Source: an uncultured Chloroflexia bacterium
GTDB taxonomy: Bacteria > Chloroflexota > Limnocylindria > Limnocylindrales > CSP1-4
Reading direction: 5' to 3'
Assembly (NCBI GenBank): GCA_963713075.1
Contig: CAVQKO010000006.1
Location: 644,408-708,407, forward strand
DNA: 64,000 bases
Part shown: positions 30,011 through 39,851 of the stretch, piece after piece
Layout: every line of letters begins with the position of its first letter
How positions within the stretch are numbered: position 1 is the stretch's first letter
Notes under the pieces: generated by a model
The model's database searches: none
What the model saw: the letters and a program-made list of their open reading frames with translations, nothing else
Told to the model about the DNA's origin: nothing
Made by a program: the position numbers and the translations under genes

Positions 30011-31081
30011 ATGGCCATCAATCGTGTGCTGCGGATCGCTGGCGCCCTGCTCGCCAGCGCCGCCATCGTGGTCGGCTGCTCGTCGAGTTCGTCGCCGAGT
30101 CCGGCCGCCAGCGGCGGCACCGGCTCCGGCACCGCTTCCGGGTGCCCGTACAAGTTCGCGGTCATTACCCACGGCGACACCGGCAGCTTCTGGAGTGTCG
30201 TCTACAAGGGCGCCCAGGACGCCTCCAAGGACACGGGCTGCACGCTGACCGAGGTCTACGGGTCGCAGCAGCAGGGCCAGGCGCAGCCTGACGACAACGC
30301 CGAGAACCAGGCGATCCAGGATGCCATCAACCAGAAGGTCGACGGCCTCGCCGTCTCCGACCACAACCCGAGCCTGATGAACCCGACCCTCGCCGGGGCC
30401 GTGAAGGCCGGCATCCCGGTCGTCCTGATCAACGCCGGCTGTGACGACGCCGACATCGCGGCCTCCGGCGCCATGACGTGCGTCGGCCAGCCGGAGTCGC
30501 TCGCGGGCAAGCAGGCTGGCGCCCGGTTCATGTCCGAGAACGCCAACAACGTCCTGTGCGTGATCCACCAGAGCGGCCAGAACCTGCTCGACCGCTGCAA
30601 CGGCATCGCGCAGGCGCTTGGCACCGGTGACACCTGCTCGACGGGCGACGCCCCGGCCTCCGGCCCGGCGTGCACTGAGCTCACCCTGAGCACGCCGAAC
30701 GCGGCGTCCAACCCGAGCGCCTCGGCCCAGCAGGTCACCGCGTACCTGCAGGCCCACCCGGGCATCAACGCCGTCATGACCCTCAACAACGCCATCGCGC
30801 AGGGCGTCCAGGCGGCGCTCCCGAGCGGCAGCACGATCAAGCTCGCGACCTTCGACCTCAACAGCTGGGCCATCTCAGCGGTCAAGGCCGGCACGCTCGA
30901 CTTCATCGTCGACCAGCAGCAGTACCTGCAGGGCTACCTGCCGATCGTCTTCCTCCAGCTCTACAAGGCCCACTACGGGGCGAGCGTCGGCGGCGGCACC
31001 ACCGTCGCGACCGGACCGCTCCTCGTGGACAAGACGAACGTCTCCAACGTGGAGGCCGGGGCCGCCGCCGGCGAGTCCTGA
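30011..31081 (+). CDS. Sugar ABC transporter substrate-binding lipoprotein
   Basis: A GGAGG RBS is followed by a lipoprotein signal with lipobox IVVGC. A periplasmic-binding-protein fold follows. Confidence 0.8.
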   Translation: MAINRVLRIAGALLASAAIVVGCSSSSSPSPAASGGTGSGTASGCPYKFAVITHGDTGSFWSVVYKGAQDASKDTGCTLTEVYGSQQQGQAQPDDNAENQAIQDAINQKVDGLAVSDHNPSLMNPTLAGAVKAGIPVVLINAGCDDADIAASGAMTCVGQPESLAGKQAGARFMSENANNVLCVIHQSGQNLLDRCNGIAQALGTGDTCSTGDAPASGPACTELTLSTPNAASNPSASAQQVTAYLQAHPGINAVMTLNNAIAQGVQAALPSGSTIKLATFDLNSWAISAVKAGTLDFIVDQQQYLQGYLPIVFLQLYKAHYGASVGGGTTVATGPLLVDKTNVSNVEAGAAAGES

Positions 31082-31143
31082 GCCGCCGCACTCCCAGCAA
31101 CGCACCAGGTTCTGCCCCGGGCGGGGATCCCCCGCCCGGGGCA

Positions 31144-32244
31144 GTGAGTAGCGAGGAGGCGGGCGACTCTGCCATGGACGTGCCCAATCCGACCAAGCCG
31201 GCCGAGCCCGCCGGCCAGACTGAACGCGTTGTCGCTGCGCGGGTCGTGACCCGCGTCTTCCGGCGGCCCGAGGTCGGGGCGGCGCTCGCCGCTGTCGCCA
31301 TCTTCCTCATCTTCGCCCTCAACCCCACCTCGAACCCACTCTGGGTCTCGCAGGCCGGCTTTGTCGGATGGCTCACCCAGGCGTGGCAGTTCGGGATCAT
31401 GGCCGTGCCCGTCGGCCTGCTGATGATCGGCGGCGAGTTCGACCTGTCCGCTGGCGTCATGACCGGTTCGACGGCCATCGTGATCGGCCTGCTGGCCAAC
31501 GGGTTCGGCTGGAACATCTGGCTGTGCATCGCGGTGTCCGCGGTGTTCGCTCTCCTGGTGGGGCTGTTCAACGGCCTCCTCGTCGTCCGGACCAAGCTGC
31601 CGAGCTTCATCGTCACGCTGGCCACGTTCTTCATCCTCCGAGGCACGTCGGTCGGCCTCGTCGAGGCGCTCAACGCCAACAGCACGGTCGTCACGGTGCT
31701 CAACCCGCCCGCCGGCTCGGATGTGGCCAAGGCCATCTTCGGCGGCACGGTGGGGGCCGCCCCGGCCTTCCCGGTCGCCCTGTTCTGGTGGCTCGGGGTG
31801 ACCATCCTCGGGATGGTCGTCCTCTCGCGGACCACCGTCGGCAACTGGATCTTCGCGGCCGGCGGCGAGCCCAATGCCGCCCGCAACGTCGGCGTTCCCG
31901 TCGGCAGCACCAAGATCCTGCTGTTCGTCTTCACCGCGCTCGCCGCCTGGCTCGTCGGCACGATCGAGTTCACCGCCGGCATGTCGGCGGTCTCCGAGCA
32001 GGGCGTCGGCTACGAGCTCTACTACATCGTCGCGGCGGTCGTCGGCGGCTGCCTGCTGACCGGCGGGTACGGGTCCGTGCTGGGCGCCTCGATCGGTGCC
32101 GCGATCATCGGCATGGCCCTCCAGGGGGTGATCTACGCACGCTGGCCCAGCCAGTGGGGGTTCGCCTTCCTCGGGATCCTGCTGCTGTTCGGGGTGATCG
32201 TGAACGCCGTGACGTTCCGTCAGGCACAGAGGGCACGTCGATGA
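31144..32244 (+). CDS. Sugar ABC transporter permease (branched TM, CUT2-like)
   Basis: A polytopic membrane protein whose stop overlaps the next gene's start (ATGA). Confidence 0.8.
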   Translation: MSSEEAGDSAMDVPNPTKPAEPAGQTERVVAARVVTRVFRRPEVGAALAAVAIFLIFALNPTSNPLWVSQAGFVGWLTQAWQFGIMAVPVGLLMIGGEFDLSAGVMTGSTAIVIGLLANGFGWNIWLCIAVSAVFALLVGLFNGLLVVRTKLPSFIVTLATFFILRGTSVGLVEALNANSTVVTVLNPPAGSDVAKAIFGGTVGAAPAFPVALFWWLGVTILGMVVLSRTTVGNWIFAAGGEPNAARNVGVPVGSTKILLFVFTALAAWLVGTIEFTAGMSAVSEQGVGYELYYIVAAVVGGCLLTGGYGSVLGASIGAAIIGMALQGVIYARWPSQWGFAFLGILLLFGVIVNAVTFRQAQRARR

Positions 32245-33137
32245 CCGGGAACAACGCTCCCGCCACCCAGGCGCCGGATGGGCGGCCGGCCGCCGGCGCC
32301 GTCCCCGTGCTCGAGGCGCGCCACGTCAGCAAGTACTTCGGCAGCGTCATCGCGCTCCATGACGTGTCGCTCCAGGTCAAGGCCGGCGAGGTGACCTGCG
32401 TCCTGGGGGACAACGGCGCCGGCAAGTCGTCGCTCATCAAGATGCTGTCCGGCGTGTTCCAGCCCGACGAGGGCGAGATCCTCGTTGACGGCACCCCGAT
32501 CCGGTTCTCCGGGCCGCGCGAGGCCCGGGCACACGGCATCGCGACCGTGTTCCAGGACCTCGCCACGGTGCCGATGATGTCGGTCTGGCGGAACTTCTTC
32601 CTCGGCCAGGAGCCGACCCGGTCGTTCGGCCCCATCCGGTTCCTCGACCAGGGCCACGCCAAGGACATCATGAAGGTCGAGATGGCCAAGATGGGCATCA
32701 ACGTCTCCGACCCGAACCAGTACGTGGGGACGCTGTCGGGCGGCGAGCGGCAGGCCGTCGCCATCTCCCGTGCGGTGTACTTCGGGGCCCGGGTGCTCAT
32801 CCTCGACGAGCCGACCTCGGCCCTCGGCGTGCGCCAGTCGGGCATCGTGCTCCGCTATGTCGTCCAGGCTCGCGACATGGGCCGGGCCGTGATCCTCATC
32901 ACGCACAACCCGCACCACGCCTACCCGGTCGGCGACCGCTTCGTGCTCCTCAAGCTGGGCAAGGTGATGGGGTCGTTCACCAAGGACCAGATCACCGTCG
33001 CCGAGCTGACCCAGATGATGGCCGGCGGCGAGGAGCTCGCCCAGCTCAGCCACGAGCTGCAGCGGTTGGGGGGCGACGAGCCGTCGCTCCGCGAGGTCGC
33101 CCAGGAGCTCGCCGAGGACGCCGCCGCGAACCCCTGA
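32241..33137 (+). CDS. Sugar ABC transporter ATP-binding protein (single NBD)
   Basis: Has Walker A (GDNGAGKSS), the LSGGERQ signature and Walker B ([12 protein letters not shown]). Confidence 0.85.
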   Translation: MTGNNAPATQAPDGRPAAGAVPVLEARHVSKYFGSVIALHDVSLQVKAGEVTCVLGDNGAGKSSLIKMLSGVFQPDEGEILVDGTPIRFSGPREARAHGIATVFQDLATVPMMSVWRNFFLGQEPTRSFGPIRFLDQGHAKDIMKVEMAKMGINVSDPNQYVGTLSGGERQAVAISRAVYFGARVLILDEPTSALGVRQSGIVLRYVVQARDMGRAVILITHNPHHAYPVGDRFVLLKLGKVMGSFTKDQITVAELTQMMAGGEELAQLSHELQRLGGDEPSLREVAQELAEDAAANP

Positions 33138-33188
33138 GGCGCCACCCCGGCGACGGGCCACCGCGCCGTCGCGGGGCAGGTGCCCTCG

Positions 33189-34355
33189 CTACGGCCGGGC
33201 CGCGGGCTCGGCCGCCCAGGGGTCGATCACGACCTTGAGCGAGGTCGGGGCGATCGCGGTCGTCACCGCCTCCTCGACACGGTCGAGCGGGAAGCGGTGG
33301 GACACGAACTCCCGCCACGGGTACTCGTCGAGGGTGCGCGCCATCTGGCGCATCGAGGGGCCGTAGGCGCCTGCCTCCTGGCCCGGGATGCCGATCATCC
33401 GGATCCCCTTGCTGCACAGGTGCCGGTTGGGCGAGATCTCGACCGTGCCCAGGTCGCTGAAGTTGCCGGCCTCGACGTACACGCCGCCCGGCCGCAGGAG
33501 CTCGAGCGACTCGGGAACGGCCGCCGGGACGCCGGCGCACTCGACCACGACGTCGGCGCCGCGTCCGTGGGTGAGGTCGCGCACGAACGAGAGCAGGTCC
33601 GCGGCCGACACCGCCGTCCGGTCGACGGCGTGGTCGGCGCCGAGACGCCGCGCGAAGTCGAGGCGCATCCGCGAGAGGTCCACCGCGATCACCACGCCGG
33701 CGCCGAGCATCCGCGCCTTGGCGACGTGGCACAGCCCGAGCGGCCCCGTCCCGAACACGACCACCGTGTCCCCGAACTGGAAGCCCTCGCCCGGGAAGGA
33801 GCCGTACTGCTTGGCCCGGTCGAGGCCGATCGTGACCGCGATCACCTCCGCCAGGACCGCCACCTCGGACGGCAGGTCGTCGGGGACCCGGAAGATCTTG
33901 CTCCCCGGCAGCGCGTAGAGGTAGTGGGCCCAGCCGCCGAACAGGTGGGGCGGGTCGGCGGCCGAGATGGTGTTGCCGTAGTCGAGGATGTTCTCGCACA
34001 GCGTGTACGGCATGTCGTGGGTGCACGAGTAGCAGGTTCCGCAGACCAGGTTCGGGCTGACCACGACGCGGTCGCCGACGGCCAGCTCCTCACCGTCGAA
34101 GTCGAGGACCCTGCCGCCGATCGCGGCCACCGTGCCGACGTTCTCGTGGCCCTGGATGATGGGGAACGGCGTCGACGAGGGCTTGGCGGCGCCCGTGTAC
34201 TGCGACACGTAGCCCTCGAACGTGTGCTTGTCGGTGCCGCAGATGCCCGACAGCTCGTTCCGCACCAGGACGGCGCCCGGCCCGGGCTCGGGGACCGGAA
34301 ACTCGTGCACCTCGTAGCGGCGCGGTTCAACCAGCAGCGCGGCCCGTGCGCCCAT
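33189..34355 (-). CDS. Zn-dependent medium-chain dehydrogenase (sorbitol/idonate-dehydrogenase-like)
   Basis: Has the catalytic Zn ligand motif GHENVG, a structural Zn site (CGTCYSC) and a GTGPLG Rossmann motif. Confidence 0.8.
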   Translation of the reverse strand: MGARAALLVEPRRYEVHEFPVPEPGPGAVLVRNELSGICGTDKHTFEGYVSQYTGAAKPSSTPFPIIQGHENVGTVAAIGGRVLDFDGEELAVGDRVVVSPNLVCGTCYSCTHDMPYTLCENILDYGNTISAADPPHLFGGWAHYLYALPGSKIFRVPDDLPSEVAVLAEVIAVTIGLDRAKQYGSFPGEGFQFGDTVVVFGTGPLGLCHVAKARMLGAGVVIAVDLSRMRLDFARRLGADHAVDRTAVSAADLLSFVRDLTHGRGADVVVECAGVPAAVPESLELLRPGGVYVEAGNFSDLGTVEISPNRHLCSKGIRMIGIPGQEAGAYGPSMRQMARTLDEYPWREFVSHRFPLDRVEEAVTTAIAPTSLKVVIDPWAAEPAARP

Positions 34356-34443
34356 TGCTCTCCCTCCGGATGCGATTGGTTGGCCGGCGCGGGCGCCGGC
34401 TGTCGACGGCCCGCGACGACGCGCCGCGCACCACCGACAGCCG

Positions 34444-35451
34444 TCAGTCCGGCGGCGGCGCGGTCGAACGCCGCACGACCAGCGTGCAGGCGGTGGTGAT
34501 GGCGCTCCTGTCCTGGTCGCCCCCGATCATGGCCAGCAGCCGCTCGACGGCCAGCCGGCCCATCTCCAGGCGGGGCTGGGCCATGGTCGTGAGCGGCGGC
34601 GTGACCAGCTGCGCGAGCTCGAGATCATCGAAGCCCGCGATGCTGAGCTGCTCGGGGACCCGGATGCCGCGGTCGAGGATGGCGCGCAGACCCCCGATCG
34701 CCGCGAGGTCGTTGTAGAAGAAGATCGCGGTCGGCCGATGGGGGAGCAGCAGCTGCACGCCCTCGGCGCCGGCGTCGGCCGCCTCGCGAGCCCGGGGCGC
34801 GGCCACGAGCGCCGCGTCGACCTCGATCCCGGCCTGGCTGAGCGCCCGCTCGTAGCCGGCCTGGCGCGCCCCGCTCGCCAGCGACGCGCGGCCGATCGCC
34901 ACGTAGCCGATGCGACGGTGGCCGAGGCCGATCAGGTGCTCGGTGATCGCCATCGCGCCGGCCGCATCGTCGACCGCCACGGAGCTCGCAAGCGGCCGGT
35001 CGGGCACCAGCTCGGACCGCTCGGCGACGAACACGACCGGGATCCTCGGGTCGAGGAGGGCGTGGTTCTCGGCGAGGTTGGACGCCACGATGATCATCCC
35101 GTCGACACGGCGCTGCTGGAACATCCGGGCGACGTCGAACTCGCGCACGTCCGAATCGCGGGTGCTCGCGACAAGCAGGTGGTAGCCGGCCCTGACGGCT
35201 GCGCCCTCGATGCCGCGCATGAGGAGCCCGTTGTACGGGTCGGCGTAGTCGCGGACGATCAGCCCGAGCGTCAGCGTGCGCCGCGTGGCCAGGCTCTGAG
35301 CCGCGGCATTGGGGGTGAAGCCGGCCTCCCGGGCGAGCTCCTGGACGCGCGCCCGGGTCGCCGCGCTGATCCGGGGGTCGTCGCGGAGCGCCTTCGACAC
35401 GGTCGACGGAGCGACACCGGCTCGTCGAGCCAGCTCGTAGATGGAGTCCAC
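34444..35451 (-). CDS. LacI-family transcriptional regulator (second copy), divergent from the corrinoid operon
   Basis: The HTH is at the N-terminus (IYELARRAGVAPSTVSKAL), followed by a sugar-binding domain. Confidence 0.85.
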   Translation of the reverse strand: MDSIYELARRAGVAPSTVSKALRDDPRISAATRARVQELAREAGFTPNAAAQSLATRRTLTLGLIVRDYADPYNGLLMRGIEGAAVRAGYHLLVASTRDSDVREFDVARMFQQRRVDGMIIVASNLAENHALLDPRIPVVFVAERSELVPDRPLASSVAVDDAAGAMAITEHLIGLGHRRIGYVAIGRASLASGARQAGYERALSQAGIEVDAALVAAPRAREAADAGAEGVQLLLPHRPTAIFFYNDLAAIGGLRAILDRGIRVPEQLSIAGFDDLELAQLVTPPLTTMAQPRLEMGRLAVERLLAMIGGDQDRSAITTACTLVVRRSTAPPPD

Positions 35452-35600
35452 GGTACCTCTGGCGGAATGGCCGCTCGACGCCTTGCCCCGGGCAGGTGGG
35501 CCAAACTATACTCCGCGAAACCGGTTGAAATGCGACCGGAGACCCCGTCGAGGACGGTGGCGCCAGGCCCCGACCTCGCACCGAATCGCAGCTGTGGCCG

Positions 35601-36851
35601 GTGACGCGGAAGGGCGCAAACGTGGCTGATCGGACAATCAGGGTCGCCGTCGTCGGGGCCGGCATGGCGGGCAGGGCCCACGCGGCCGGCTACCGGAGCC
35701 TCCGCTCGCTCTATGGCGACGCCGTGCCCGGGGTCGAGCTGGTCGCGGTCGTCGACGCCAACCGGACGCTCGCCGACGACCTCGCGGACAAGTTTGGATT
35801 CGGGCGGGTGGAGACCAGATGGGAGGCCGTCGCCGAGGCCGACGACATCGATGCGGTGAGCGTCGTCCTCCCCAACAGCGAGCACCGGGCGGCCGTGGCC
35901 GGCCTCGTGTCGCGCGGCAAGGCGATCCTGTGCGAGAAGCCGGCCGCGCGGACGGCCGCCGAGGCCATGGCGATGGAGGCGGCTGTCGCGAAGGCGGGCG
36001 TCATCGCCAGCGTGGCCTTCACCCACCGGTTCGCGCCGCCGGTTGCCGCGGTCAAGCACCTCATCGACGAGGGCCGGCTCGGCGCGCCGCGCCAGCTGAT
36101 GAGCCGGTACCTCTCCGACGGCGGACGCGACGCCGACGTCCCGTTCACGTGGCGCCACGACCTGGCGCTGGCGGGCGGCGGATCGCTGGTGGACCTCGGC
36201 GCCCACAACCTCGAGGCCGCCCGGTTCATGCTCGGCGACGTCGCGGCGATCCGCGGCGCCGTCCTCTCGATCCGGGTCCCGGAGCGCCACCTCGCCCTCG
36301 GCGCCACGAGGGGCCACGAGAAGGCCGCCCTCTCGGACGAGGCGCGCCGCGTGACCACCGACGACGAGGCGATGTTCCTCGCCGAGTTCGAGAACGGGTG
36401 CGTCGGCGTGTTCACGACCTCGCGGGTGGCCACCGGCTTCAAGAACGCGACGGGGTTCGTCCTCGTCGGCTCCGAGGCCTCGGCCTCGTTCGACTGGGAG
36501 CGCCTGTCCGAGTTCGGCTGGGCCGACGGGTCGGCCGACCACTACACTGAGGGCTGGACCCGAGTCCTTCTCGGCGGCCAGCACCCGTATCTCGCCGAGG
36601 GCCTCGTGATGCCGGTCGCCGGCGTCGGCTTCGGCCTCGGCGACGCCTTCATCTTCCAGGCGGCCGACTTCGTGACGGCCGTCGCCACCGATACGCCCAG
36701 TCGAATCGCGTCCTCGTTCGCTGATGGCGTCGCCAACGCGCTGGTCCTCGACGCGGTGAAGCGCTCCGCCGCGGCCGGGGGGACAGCTGTCCTGATCGCC
36801 GACGAGCGCGAGCGCGCTGCCGCCGACTTGGCGGCGGAAGGAGCTGCCTGA
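35601..36851 (+). CDS. Gfo/Idh/MocA-family oxidoreductase, first gene of the corrinoid operon
   Basis: A Rossmann N-terminus (IRVAVVGAGMAGRAHAAGY) and EKP motif (ILCEKPAA) are present. The product is 416 aa. Confidence 0.8.
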   Translation: MTRKGANVADRTIRVAVVGAGMAGRAHAAGYRSLRSLYGDAVPGVELVAVVDANRTLADDLADKFGFGRVETRWEAVAEADDIDAVSVVLPNSEHRAAVAGLVSRGKAILCEKPAARTAAEAMAMEAAVAKAGVIASVAFTHRFAPPVAAVKHLIDEGRLGAPRQLMSRYLSDGGRDADVPFTWRHDLALAGGGSLVDLGAHNLEAARFMLGDVAAIRGAVLSIRVPERHLALGATRGHEKAALSDEARRVTTDDEAMFLAEFENGCVGVFTTSRVATGFKNATGFVLVGSEASASFDWERLSEFGWADGSADHYTEGWTRVLLGGQHPYLAEGLVMPVAGVGFGLGDAFIFQAADFVTAVATDTPSRIASSFADGVANALVLDAVKRSAAAGGTAVLIADERERAAADLAAEGAA

Positions 36852-37480
36852 TGCCCGCCGACCTCGCCGCCCTCACCGCCGCCGTGGAGGCCGGCGACCG
36901 CACCGCCGCCGCCGCGCTCACGCAGCAGGCGCTCGACGGCGGCGTCCCGCCCAAGGCGGTCCTCGACGCGATGACCGCCGCCATGGACGCGGTGGGCCGG
37001 CGGTTCCAGGAGGGCGAGCTCTTCGTCCCCGAGATGCTCATCAGCGCGCGGGCCATGAAGGCGGGCACCGCGATCCTCGAGCCCGCCCTGGTGGCGGCCG
37101 GGGTGGTGCCCGAGTTCACCGCGGTCGTGGGCACCGTCGAGGGCGACCTCCACGACATCGGCAAGAACCTCGTGGGCATGATGTGGAAGGGCGCCGGGTT
37201 CGAGGTCGTTGACCTCGGGGTCAACGTCCCCGCCGCCCGGTTCGCCGAGGCGGCCCGGGAGCGGGGCGCCCACATCGTCGGCGTCTCGGCGCTGCTCACC
37301 ACCACGATGCCCGGCATGCGCGGCGTGGTCGAGGCCGTCCGCGCGGCCGGGCTCACCGCGAGGGTCGTCGTCGGCGGCGCCCCCACCACCCCCGAGTTCG
37401 CCGCCCAGATCGGCGCCGACGGCCACGCCCCCGACGCCGGGGCCGCGGTGGACCTCGCCCGGCGCCTCCTGGCGGGCTGA
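36851..37480 (+). CDS. Cobalamin-binding corrinoid protein (B12-binding cap plus Rossmann B12-binding domain; MtaC/MttC/MetH-like)
   Basis: Has the canonical DxHxxG...S.L...G B12 motif (DLHDIGKNLV…GVSALLTT…VVVGG) preceded by a helical cap domain. Its start overlaps the upstream stop (TGATG). Confidence 0.8.
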   Translation: MPADLAALTAAVEAGDRTAAAALTQQALDGGVPPKAVLDAMTAAMDAVGRRFQEGELFVPEMLISARAMKAGTAILEPALVAAGVVPEFTAVVGTVEGDLHDIGKNLVGMMWKGAGFEVVDLGVNVPAARFAEAARERGAHIVGVSALLTTTMPGMRGVVEAVRAAGLTARVVVGGAPTTPEFAAQIGADGHAPDAGAAVDLARRLLAG

Positions 37481-37493
37481 GGACGGCCGGGCG

Positions 37494-38831
37494 ATGTCCG
37501 GGGCCACGACGTCGACGGGCACCCCGATCGCGGGCTCGACCGCCGGCCTGCAGGATGTGGAGTGGGCGATCACGCCCGACGAGCGCACGTACCTCCGCGA
37601 GCTCGCCGGGCGCCAGGCCGAGTACGCCGCGCTGCCGGTGATGGCCGAGCGGCGCCGGCAGTGGCTCGACCTCAACGACGGCAGGCCGAACGTCCGTCCG
37701 CCGTTCATCCTCGAGGCCTCGAACTTCATGTTCGAGCTGCTGCCGGACCGGCGCTACCACTGCCGGTCCGCGGCGGCCCAGGCCATCGAGAAGGAGCTCG
37801 TCCGGTACACGCGGCCGCACGAGGTGTGGCAGGACGACCGGGTGGTGCCCGGTGTGCTCGACTTCAGCTGGTTCCTCGACATCGACGAGTTCGGCCCCGA
37901 CGTGCGGGTCGGCCTCGAGATGGCCGCCGACGCCGAGGGCAACGAGGTGGGCTACGGGTTCCAGCACCCGATCACGGACCTCGAGGCGGACCTGCCCAGG
38001 CTCCGGCCGGCACGGGTCGCGCTCCACCGGGAGCGCTCGCTCGCCTGGAGGGCCTTCGTGGAGGAGGTCCTGGGCGACGTCCTCCCCGTCCGCCTCGTCG
38101 TGGTCTGGAACGACGCAAACACGCTCGCCCAGCGCCTCGTGCACCTCATGGGCATGGAGGCCTTCTTCATCGCCTGCTACGAGCAGCCCGACGCGGTCCA
38201 CGCCGTCATGGCGTACCTGCGCGACAACGCACTCTCGATCATGCGCCAGGAGGACGAGCTCGGAATCCTCGGCCTCAACAACGACCACCAGGAGGTCTGG
38301 TGGTCGGGCCACAACTACACGAGCCTGCTCCCCGGGCCCGGCTTCGACCCGGGGCACGTGACGTGGAGGGACCGCTGGCAGGCGACCAACCTCCAGGAGG
38401 CGACCGGCATGCGGCCATCGATGGCGTCGGAGTTCCTCCACCCCTACGTCCACGAGATCGCCCAGCCCGTGGGCCTCCTCTACTACGGCTGCTGCGAGGC
38501 GGTCCACCAGAGCTGGGACGACATCCGCACGCTCCCGAACCTGCGGAAGGTCTCGATCAGCCAGTGGACCGACGAGGCGTTCATGGGCGAGGCCCTGCGC
38601 GGCACGGACCTCGTCTACTCGCGCAAGCCCAACCCGAACTACCTCTCGCTCGACGAGGTCCTCGACGGCGATGCATGGGCCGCCCACATCCGCACGACCC
38701 TCGAGGCGACGCGCGGCTGCTCGGTGGAGTTCCTCGTGCGCGACGTCTACACCCTGCACCGCAACCTCGACAATGCACGCCGTGCCGCGTCGATTGCCGA
38801 AGAGGTGATCGACCGCCACTGGGGCGCGTAG
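37494..38831 (+). CDS. Putative substrate:corrinoid methyltransferase (about 445 aa; URO-D/MtaA-like or MttB-like, family uncertain)
   Basis: ATG lies 14 nt after the corrinoid-protein stop. The protein is large, soluble and TIM-barrel-sized with a possible Zn site (H…YYGCCEAVH). It is operonic with a corrinoid protein, and no other partner type is evident. Confidence 0.5.
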   Translation: MSGATTSTGTPIAGSTAGLQDVEWAITPDERTYLRELAGRQAEYAALPVMAERRRQWLDLNDGRPNVRPPFILEASNFMFELLPDRRYHCRSAAAQAIEKELVRYTRPHEVWQDDRVVPGVLDFSWFLDIDEFGPDVRVGLEMAADAEGNEVGYGFQHPITDLEADLPRLRPARVALHRERSLAWRAFVEEVLGDVLPVRLVVVWNDANTLAQRLVHLMGMEAFFIACYEQPDAVHAVMAYLRDNALSIMRQEDELGILGLNNDHQEVWWSGHNYTSLLPGPGFDPGHVTWRDRWQATNLQEATGMRPSMASEFLHPYVHEIAQPVGLLYYGCCEAVHQSWDDIRTLPNLRKVSISQWTDEAFMGEALRGTDLVYSRKPNPNYLSLDEVLDGDAWAAHIRTTLEATRGCSVEFLVRDVYTLHRNLDNARRAASIAEEVIDRHWGA

Positions 38832-38850
38832 CGCGCGCAGGAGCCCGGCG

Positions 38851-39768
38851 ATGCCCAGCGATCCGACCTACCCGAGCCTGCTCCTCGGCACCGCGCCCGA
38901 CAGCTGGGGCGTGTGGAACCCGTCGGGCGACCCGCTCCAGACGCCCTGGGAGCGCTACCTCGACGAGGTGCAGCGGGCCGGCTACCGGTACAGCGAGCTC
39001 GGGCCCTTCGGGTACGTCCCCGCGGACCCCGGCGTTGTGCGCGAGGAGTACGCCAAGCGGGGGCTCACCCTCACGGGCGGCACCGTCTTCGCGGCGCTCC
39101 ACAAGGGCAAGGACGCGCTCGCGAAGGCCAAGGCGGCGTGCGACGCCGAGATGGCCGTCATCGGGCCCAACGGCGCCCGGCACCTCGTCATCCTGCCCGA
39201 GGGTTACACCGACATGGACGGCAACGTCACCGGACCGACGACGCTCGCCGGCGACGAGTGGGCGAGCCTCACCGGCGGCATGAGCGAGCTCGGCCGGTAC
39301 CTGGCCGGCGAGCACGGCGCCGCGCTCGTGTTCCACAGCCACGCCGACAGCCACGTCGGCACCCAGGCCGAGATCGAGCGCTTCCTCGACGCCACCGACC
39401 CCGATGCCGTGGGGTTCTGCCTCGACACCGGGCACGTCGCCTACTGCGGCGCCGACAGCCTCAGGATCGTCGCCGACTACCCCGACCGCGTGCAGTACAT
39501 CCACCTCAAGCAGGTGGACACGGCGATCCTCGCCCGCGTCCGCGGAGAGGGGCTCGGCTTCGCCCCGGCGGTGCGCCTCGGCGCCATGGTCGAGCCGCCG
39601 CTCGGCGGGCCCGACATGCCGAGCCTGCTCGCCGCGCTGGCCGGCCTCGGCCGCGAGCTGTACTGCATCGTCGAGCAGGACATGTACCCGTGCGCGTTCG
39701 ACCGGCCGCTGCCGATCGCGCGTCGCACCTACGACTACTTCAGGACCCGCAGGATGCGGGTCGCTTAG
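38851..39768 (+). CDS. Sugar-phosphate isomerase/epimerase (xylose-isomerase-like TIM barrel), third paralog
   Basis: CAGGAG RBS. Has the metal-site residues (HSHADSHVG, LDTGHV) and is 305 aa. Confidence 0.75.
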   Translation: MPSDPTYPSLLLGTAPDSWGVWNPSGDPLQTPWERYLDEVQRAGYRYSELGPFGYVPADPGVVREEYAKRGLTLTGGTVFAALHKGKDALAKAKAACDAEMAVIGPNGARHLVILPEGYTDMDGNVTGPTTLAGDEWASLTGGMSELGRYLAGEHGAALVFHSHADSHVGTQAEIERFLDATDPDAVGFCLDTGHVAYCGADSLRIVADYPDRVQYIHLKQVDTAILARVRGEGLGFAPAVRLGAMVEPPLGGPDMPSLLAALAGLGRELYCIVEQDMYPCAFDRPLPIARRTYDYFRTRRMRVA

Positions 39769-39851
39769 GGTGGGGGAGCGTGCCCGCTCGCCAGGCCGCG
39801 ACGACGGCCCGCTTCGCGCGCTGAACGCCAAGCCCCGCGGCACCGCGACCG

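Noticed and set aside
35452-35600. Cobalamin riboswitch upstream of the corrinoid operon
   Set aside because: The region is only about 150 bp and lacks a recognisable B12-box. Regulation is more plausibly via the divergent LacI regulator and the AACCGGTT palindrome.
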